From NCBI GenBank assembly GCA_016196465.1, contig JACPXR010000035.1, positions 1-55,270 of the forward strand: a stretch of DNA of 55,270 nucleotides. The letters are read 5' to 3'. Source of the DNA: Candidatus Omnitrophota bacterium. GTDB taxonomy: Bacteria > Omnitrophota > Gorgyraeia > 1-14-0-20-64-10. Under the pieces are notes generated by a model. That model saw only the letters and a list, made by a program, of their open reading frames with translations. It had not been told where the DNA came from and ran no database searches. The position numbers and the translations under genes were made by a program. The stretch's first letter is position 1, and each line of letters starts with the position of its first letter. Positions 49,905 through 55,270 of the stretch are shown in pieces.

Positions 49905-52900
49905 ATGAAACGCCTCAGCTTAACTCTCCCATTGGCGGCGATCTGTCTCCTGGCCGCCCTCACTGCACCCGCGACCAGCCACGCCGCAGGAGGGCGTAGT
50001 GGTGCCGCTTCCGCTAGCGGCAGCCACGCCCTGCGGCAGGAGGCCCCCGGCCGCGACGACAACCGCCCCCTGAACGACGAGCTCCGCACCGGCCTGGAGG
50101 AGCGCGTAAACTCGGTACCGGGTACCGTGAGGACAGGTTCCGCCGGGCTGGAGGAATGGCCCGGTTTCCTGGACCCGGTGGATTTCGGGAGGATCATCGC
50201 ATGGTTGAGTGAGCAGCTCTCCGAGGGACCTCTTCGAGATCCAGAAGACCGGATCACTTTGCCGGAGATCATCCGTCATATCCAAACGAGTTCGGCGTCC
50301 GGCCAGAATTTGGGCCCGTTCGGTCAGGTGTCTGGGGAGAAAGTGGCCTTCTTTGTCCAGAAACTGCCGTTTCTCATCACGGGCCAGCCGGATCCTCCAC
50401 CGGATGCGCTTCCCCACGGATATGAGCTGAAGCGTTTCTTCAATTTCTTCCTGGAGGTTGCCGTTTCTGTGCTTGAGCTAAACGAGGCAGGCACGATTCG
50501 CGCGGCGATGACATCGCGAGAAATGGCCGACCAGGTGCTGCACCGATTTTTCTCCACAACTTTATCTGATCGTCCCCCGACGCTGGGCACTTCGGAATTC
50601 AATCTTCAGATGGCGGATCTTTTCATGACAGCCGACGAACAACGGATGGCCACTTATCGCGCTTTGGAGTTTTTGCATTTCTCCGCCGGGCTGGAGGAAG
50701 TCGAGAATGTCATCGACGAGATCACGGGAAGAATCCAAGGACTTTTAAGGGGTTGGATTCCCCGGACAAGTCTTGATTGGTCGGAGAAAGAGCAAGAAGC
50801 CTTGCTCCCTCGCCTCCGTATTGTTCTCGACGCCGGAGACCTTCGAAACGAGGTCGGCCTCGTGGTCCGATGGTTCGATGGGATCGTTGGAACCAGGGCG
50901 CTGGTCGAGGCCTGGGAGGATTCCCAGCGGGCGGACGTGCTCCTGAACGCAGTGGTTTTTTATATGGGAGGTACCTCCCAATCCACGAAGGGCGACATTC
51001 GAGCCGTCAACGAACGCTTGCTGAACGGCTCACTGTCCCTGCCGTTTCTTCAGGAGGTATTCCGCTTGAATCCGGCGCTCTATGGGAGACTCCTGTTTCA
51101 CATCGGCTTGAGCTCGGGCAGGTTTGACAGTTCGAACATGCAATCGAACATTCGAAGAATTCTCGAGGGTTCTTCAGGAGAGTTGGAGCGATCGGCGCTT
51201 CTTTCTGCCTATGACGCGCATCAGGCCTCGCTGATTCCGGACTATTCTGCTCTTCAGCTGGATGAATTAGAAAGGGTACTCGCGTCGCAGCTTCCGGATC
51301 GGATCCAGCGGCTGATTTCCGCCATGGAGGGAAGTTCTCTGCCCGGCGTCGATTTTTGGAAGCAACGGATTGACGTTGCACCGTGGCAGTCGCCGGAGAA
51401 TCTCGAAAAGACGCTTCGCTGGGTCGAAGAGCAAGACTTCTTTTTGCTCGAACGCGTCGACGCCCAATGGAGGCTGTTCGAGCGATATGGAATAGAAGGT
51501 CCCCCGGTCAACAAATATCTGGAAGAGTGGGCGGATCGAGAGGGGATAGGACGGCTGGGAAGGATAGGTCTTCCTGCCACGATCGCGGCGGTTCAGTTGT
51601 TGCTGCAAGAATCCAGGGACACCCCTTCCACGTTGGAGCGAATGGAACAAATTCTGGAGCGGTTAGGCTTGTTTGCTCCGAATGGCTTAAGCCGCAGCGA
51701 GGGGATTCCTGGAGAAAATCCTTACGGGGATATCCTTTTTCTCGCTCAGTTACCAGAAGATCTCACCGCCGCATCCTCCTCAAGGACGATTTTCTTGGAC
51801 AGATGGCGTCAAGCGAAAATGGAGTTTTACCGAGATAACGGATTGGAGGTCATCCCGCCCTTTGTCCCCTTCCATCGCACCGCCGGGCTGGAGGAGCGGA
51901 AACTTCCCGGTGATTTTTCCTACGAGGCGGTCGAGATCACCCCCTACTCTCCCGCAGGCCGGCAGTTTGGGAATCGATTGGAGGAATTTCGAGGCAGATT
52001 TTTCAGGAACCGACAGACGCAACATCTGTATGTACTGGACACTCCAAGTATCTCCCTGCTGTCTCTATGGCCTACCAAGAACGATCCAGCCAGACAGTAT
52101 CTGGGGTTCCGGCTAGCCCGGGTGCTGCGGGCCAATGTGCCGGACGTTGTCTTTCCTTCGAAGTCGGAACGGAAAGTCTTCTCGGATTATCTGGGGCTTC
52201 CCTCCGGGAGTGAGATTTACCTAGAGAGAGTGACAACCGATTACAAGTTAAAGGACGAGGAAGTTCTGCAAAAGGATTCCAGGAGAGCATTCACGTGCAG
52301 TCTCGTTGTAGCGATTTTTATGCGCAAGTTCGATTTTCACGATCACAATCTGGGTCCCTTAGGAGATTCAGACATTCCCATGATGTTTGATCACGATGAA
52401 GCGTTCCAGTCCGAATATGTGAATATGGAAGACTTCACCATTGCCTTTGTCCGGAACCATTTCCCTCGCGATTCGGTGAACGCAGGCTGGATCAATCCCA
52501 ACCGGCTGTTGGAGCGGATCGACCGGGAGGAGCTCTCCCGCTCCGCGGAGGCGGTTGAGGCGCTTGATCTCTCCGGTTTCTTCGAGCAGCTAAATCGGGA
52601 TCTTCCGGAAGATCTGGATTTAGATGCAAGAATCGTTCCCCTGATCGAATATCTGAAACTTCGGCAGAGGTCCATCCGGCAAGATCTGATCAGTTTTTTC
52701 GGCTGGCTGGCTTCTCCCGATGGGAAAATGCGGATCCAGTATGGGGACAAAAACTGGACGGAAATCGGTTATTCTCGGCCTCCTCGCCTCACATTCAGAC
52801 AGATCCGCTCTGCCCTCGCCCGCGCCGGGCTGGAGGAGGCGGTGCAGTTTGTGCAGCCCGGGGAGGTTCAAGGTTTTGAGAAACCAGTCTTCAATCAGTG

Positions 52901-55270
52901 GGGAGGTAAAGATCATCAGCAATTCACCACCCTGGCCTTGCTGAATTATCTTAAGCTTGATCCATCCACGGTTGTTTTCAACGTAGCCTATGGAGATCAT
53001 CCATTGACGCTTCCAGAGCCCTGGCAGGAACCGGTCAATGTAGATCCGGATCCGTTTGCACCGCCCACTAACCCTTTGAGAGCCAAGTATCTCGTTGATA
53101 CTGTGGAAGGAGCCGTTGACAAAGGACATTCTGCCGGCGTAGTTTTGCTGTACCGACCAGGGGTGATGCCTTTTTGGAACGATCAATTCTTCCAAAAAAC
53201 GTGGGCGTTGGTTCAGCCGGGAGGATGGCTCTTCTTGATTCAGCCATTCCCATTGCGGATGATTAACAGAAGGTTAGTTGACTTTTATTCGGCCTTTCAT
53301 CAATCCATCCAGCCCAGGAGCCCCTTGGAGGTCATTGCTGTGAGTCCTGACGGCTCGCTGGATCAGGCCCTGGCGCTTCTTCTCCAGAAACCAAAATCTC
53401 CCACCACGCAGATTCCGCTTGCTCCAATTGCCACCCCCCGCGCCGGGCTGGAGGAGCCACCCAGCGATGCTGAGGTGGAGCGAGTGATCCAGTGGGCATT
53501 TGGACAAGCTCGACTGGTTGATCATTGGTTGGCTATCGGGACAATCGGCCAATGGCATGGATCGGACCAGTTTAGCGAATCTCTTGCGAAGTGGCAGAAA
53601 CCTTTCATGGCGGCTCTGTTATCGAACTTATCGGCTGCTGATGATGATTCTCTGGAAGAAAGCCAGAGGGCGCGGGTGGCATTGAAACAGTTGGCTTTTC
53701 GGGGAATTACTCCCGAGATCTTGGGATTGCCCGAGATCAGCGACCGACAACTGCGAGCCAGACTGGTACCGGGTACCGCAGGGCCAGGTACCACCTCCGC
53801 TCGGCCCGTCGGCCTGGAGGAGCGGGATCGCGAAATTCAGAGGGCCTACCAGGTTCTCCTTGCGCCGGCCGAGGATTTGAATGAGCGGTTGAAACGGTTG
53901 AGGATTGCTTTGGAGGGCTTGGATGGCGGCCAGCGGCTGAAATTCTTTCGGGAACTCCTCTGGATCATGGGCCGAAGGGAAATCCCGGAGGTCGTGGGCG
54001 CTGTTCTGAAGGGACAAGGGGAAGATTCCTCCCTTTTGAGAGAGAGATTGTTCGAGGCCATGAGAATAGATTCTGAGCGCGCAATTCTTCCGGTTCTTGA
54101 AGGAGCCCTTTCAAGACTTCATCCTCGTGAGGTTGCAACGATTTCTCTGGTTTTCATTCCCGCGGCCGCCGTCCTCCTGTCGGCAGATACCTCCGAACGC
54201 CTCCAGGATCTATTCGAGCTTTCGATCCTCAGGGCCTCTCTTCATGTTTTTGAGGAGAGAACGGAATCGGGTCAGCAGCATGCCGTACCCTATCTGAGGC
54301 TAAGCCACATTTGTGAAGTGAAGACGCGGCAGTATTCCGCCCAAGCCCTGGAACTCACCGGCACCAGCCATCCCCATCCTATGGCCTTGTACGCGGCAGG
54401 CCTTTCCATGGTCTACAGTGCCTTGGCCTCTGTTTACGCGGGGATCGATTTCGAGATGATGAATCGAGGTGAAAGGATGCTTTTTCCAATCTCAGAAAAA
54501 GTTTCAGCAAAGATCGATGCGATGAGGGCGAATATCCAAGGCGAGATCAGCACAATGACAGGTACCCTCTTCGGGCACTTGGATTTACTGCTTGCCTCTT
54601 ATCGCGGTGACGACATTCTTTCTTTGCAGCTCCTCATGTTCCGGGTTGAACTGGATCGAGCTTGTGCCACCTACTTCCGGCTCAACGGCTCAGAGGATGC
54701 GGTTGGGTACTGGCAGGATGCCCGCCGAACAGAAGAGCAAATCCAACAGATCGTTCTCAAACATGAACGTTCCCTCGGCCTGTCGGTTTCCGAAGCAGGT
54801 CTTGAGGCGGAACCGTCCAAACTGGTACCGGGTACCCAGGGGACAGGTTCCGCCGCCGCCCCGCGCGCCGGGGCGGAGGAGCCGCTTTTTCTGACGGAGA
54901 TAAACCTCCAGACGCTTGCTGGCAGGAGCGAGTTGACATCTTTCTACCGGTGGCCGAATCAGATGAGACTCTTGGAGGAGATGATTCTGCCCGATCTCTT
55001 CCAGCGTAAACCGAGCGGGGAGGTTCTCATCGTAAATCTGGCAAGTGCCATGGGAGAGGAGACTACCACAACGGCAGCCGTGGTTCTTCGAGCGAGAGAC
55101 CAATTCGTCTCAAAAGGAGACCCAACCTCGCTGAAGGTCCGCGTTGTTGGCGTGGAGATCGATCCAGAGATTCACGAGAAAGCCCGCCGCCGGCTGGCTG
55201 GTAAAGAGGGACTCTGGTTTCTCCCCTGGGGACAACCCATCGACAGAACACGACGTGCGAAAGCGCTGTT
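49905..55270 (+). CDS. secreted GLEE-motif giant protein C (3' end outside the window; at least 1788 codons): signal peptide, double-GLEE leader, at least 7 modules including kinase-like, Rossmann-methyltransferase-like and CheR-like
   Basis: Read codon by codon on every sequence line: no stop from ATG 49905 to the window end. In-frame TAG upstream at 49821-49823. N-terminus MKRLSLTLPLAAICLLAALTAPATSHA (signal peptide). Not in the supplied ORF track. No other frame has an ORF longer than about 190 aa here. Confidence 0.85.
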   Translation, partial: MKRLSLTLPLAAICLLAALTAPATSHAAGGRSGAASASGSHALRQEAPGRDDNRPLNDELRTGLEERVNSVPGTVRTGSAGLEEWPGFLDPVDFGRIIAWLSEQLSEGPLRDPEDRITLPEIIRHIQTSSASGQNLGPFGQVSGEKVAFFVQKLPFLITGQPDPPPDALPHGYELKRFFNFFLEVAVSVLELNEAGTIRAAMTSREMADQVLHRFFSTTLSDRPPTLGTSEFNLQMADLFMTADEQRMATYRALEFLHFSAGLEEVENVIDEITGRIQGLLRGWIPRTSLDWSEKEQEALLPRLRIVLDAGDLRNEVGLVVRWFDGIVGTRALVEAWEDSQRADVLLNAVVFYMGGTSQSTKGDIRAVNERLLNGSLSLPFLQEVFRLNPALYGRLLFHIGLSSGRFDSSNMQSNIRRILEGSSGELERSALLSAYDAHQASLIPDYSALQLDELERVLASQLPDRIQRLISAMEGSSLPGVDFWKQRIDVAPWQSPENLEKTLRWVEEQDFFLLERVDAQWRLFERYGIEGPPVNKYLEEWADREGIGRLGRIGLPATIAAVQLLLQESRDTPSTLERMEQILERLGLFAPNGLSRSEGIPGENPYGDILFLAQLPEDLTAASSSRTIFLDRWRQAKMEFYRDNGLEVIPPFVPFHRTAGLEERKLPGDFSYEAVEITPYSPAGRQFGNRLEEFRGRFFRNRQTQHLYVLDTPSISLLSLWPTKNDPARQYLGFRLARVLRANVPDVVFPSKSERKVFSDYLGLPSGSEIYLERVTTDYKLKDEEVLQKDSRRAFTCSLVVAIFMRKFDFHDHNLGPLGDSDIPMMFDHDEAFQSEYVNMEDFTIAFVRNHFPRDSVNAGWINPNRLLERIDREELSRSAEAVEALDLSGFFEQLNRDLPEDLDLDARIVPLIEYLKLRQRSIRQDLISFFGWLASPDGKMRIQYGDKNWTEIGYSRPPRLTFRQIRSALARAGLEEAVQFVQPGEVQGFEKPVFNQWGGKDHQQFTTLALLNYLKLDPSTVVFNVAYGDHPLTLPEPWQEPVNVDPDPFAPPTNPLRAKYLVDTVEGAVDKGHSAGVVLLYRPGVMPFWNDQFFQKTWALVQPGGWLFLIQPFPLRMINRRLVDFYSAFHQSIQPRSPLEVIAVSPDGSLDQALALLLQKPKSPTTQIPLAPIATPRAGLEEPPSDAEVERVIQWAFGQARLVDHWLAIGTIGQWHGSDQFSESLAKWQKPFMAALLSNLSAADDDSLEESQRARVALKQLAFRGITPEILGLPEISDRQLRARLVPGTAGPGTTSARPVGLEERDREIQRAYQVLLAPAEDLNERLKRLRIALEGLDGGQRLKFFRELLWIMGRREIPEVVGAVLKGQGEDSSLLRERLFEAMRIDSERAILPVLEGALSRLHPREVATISLVFIPAAAVLLSADTSERLQDLFELSILRASLHVFEERTESGQQHAVPYLRLSHICEVKTRQYSAQALELTGTSHPHPMALYAAGLSMVYSALASVYAGIDFEMMNRGERMLFPISEKVSAKIDAMRANIQGEISTMTGTLFGHLDLLLASYRGDDILSLQLLMFRVELDRACATYFRLNGSEDAVGYWQDARRTEEQIQQIVLKHERSLGLSVSEAGLEAEPSKLVPGTQGTGSAAAPRAGAEEPLFLTEINLQTLAGRSELTSFYRWPNQMRLLEEMILPDLFQRKPSGEVLIVNLASAMGEETTTTAAVVLRARDQFVSKGDPTSLKVRVVGVEIDPEIHEKARRRLAGKEGLWFLPWGQPIDRTRRAKAL
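50114..50156 (+). repeat. linker repeat copy 1: GGTACCGGGTACC-N4-GGACAGGTTCCGCC-GGGCTGGAGGA (encodes VPGTVRTGSAGLEE)
   Basis: Shares the 13-mer and the 14-mer exactly with the copy at 54824. Confidence 0.8.
53765..53822 (+). repeat. linker repeat copy 2: GGTACCGGGTACC...GGCCAGGTACC...GGCCTGGAGGAG (encodes VPGTAGPGTTSARPVGLEE)
   Basis: Same 13-mer as the other two copies, then a diverged middle section that ends in the GLEE codons. Confidence 0.75.
54824..54881 (+). repeat. linker repeat copy 3: GGTACCGGGTACC-N4-GGACAGGTTCCGCC...GGGGCGGAGGAG (encodes VPGTQGTGSAAAPRAGAEE)
   Basis: Same 13-mer and 14-mer as copy 1. The motif is degenerate here (GAEE). Confidence 0.8.

Noticed and set aside
50111-50131. 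The VPGT-x-G linkers as LPXTG-type sortase signals
   Set aside because: Thr and Gly are not adjacent. There is no downstream hydrophobic segment or basic tail, the sites are internal, and the organism is a diderm with LPS genes.
50142-53456. The GGAGGAG inside the GLEE codons acting as internal Shine-Dalgarno sites that start separate downstream proteins
   Set aside because: I checked the 5-12 nt after each site. ATG/GTG codons are absent or out of frame at most sites, and only 52824-52847 has an in-frame GTG. Independent initiation therefore cannot explain the pattern, although translational pausing remains possible.
50088-54881. The recurring GCCGGGCTGGAGGAG 15-mers as a CRISPR array or other spacer-repeat structure
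   Set aside because: The spacing is irregular (54 nt to 1.2 kb). The repeats are only about 15 nt and always lie in the same reading frame of a continuous ORF. The same peptide motif is encoded with different codons in the other two genes.
49905-55270. Possibility that the last 5.4 kb is non-coding, a pseudogene field, or uses an alternative genetic code, because the track lists no long ORF there
   Set aside because: Under the standard code one frame is completely open from ATG 49905 to the window edge. It encodes a sensible signal peptide and enzyme-like motifs, so no recoding is needed.

Overview
High-GC chromosomal segment from a diderm (LPS-making) bacterium, almost fully coding, with many 1-4 nt start/stop overlaps. 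The backbone is housekeeping. It runs ilvD'-ilvB-ilvN-ilvC-leuA, a prepilin peptidase, aroC-aroK, then dprA, a ThiS-like gene, topA and xerC. Next comes an LPS-core cluster: waaA, lpxK, an LpxL::ELM1 fusion, a GT4::GT9 fusion, three more GT9 genes and a DUF3108 lipoprotein. After that are gltB, a minus-strand FIST-kinase-receiver-receiver/GGDEF operon, tRNA-Leu(GAG), a 7TM-PAS kinase with receiver, a NifS-like gene, and pepA-folE-thiC-nadA, a siroheme-decarboxylase-like gene and korAB. Three large accessory genes interrupt this backbone: 22684-24672, 29926-33339 and 49905 to beyond 55270. The third is an uninterrupted reading frame of at least 1788 codons. It is missing from the supplied ORF track, presumably because it has no stop inside the window. 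All three encode Sec-signal-peptide proteins made of cytoplasmic-type enzyme modules (HAD-like, PfkB-like, kinase-like, methyltransferase-like). All three share a motif, [A/S/T/V]-G-L-E-E, that I found in no other protein of the window. The motif occurs twice in a conserved N-terminal leader and at module junctions. In the two complete genes a GLE(E/G) copy also sits exactly 21 residues before the stop. I read this as a candidate undescribed processing or sorting signal on secreted polyprotein-like effectors. Two Phd/YefM-RelE/ParE modules lie next to two of these genes. All domain calls come from reading motifs by eye. No database search was run.
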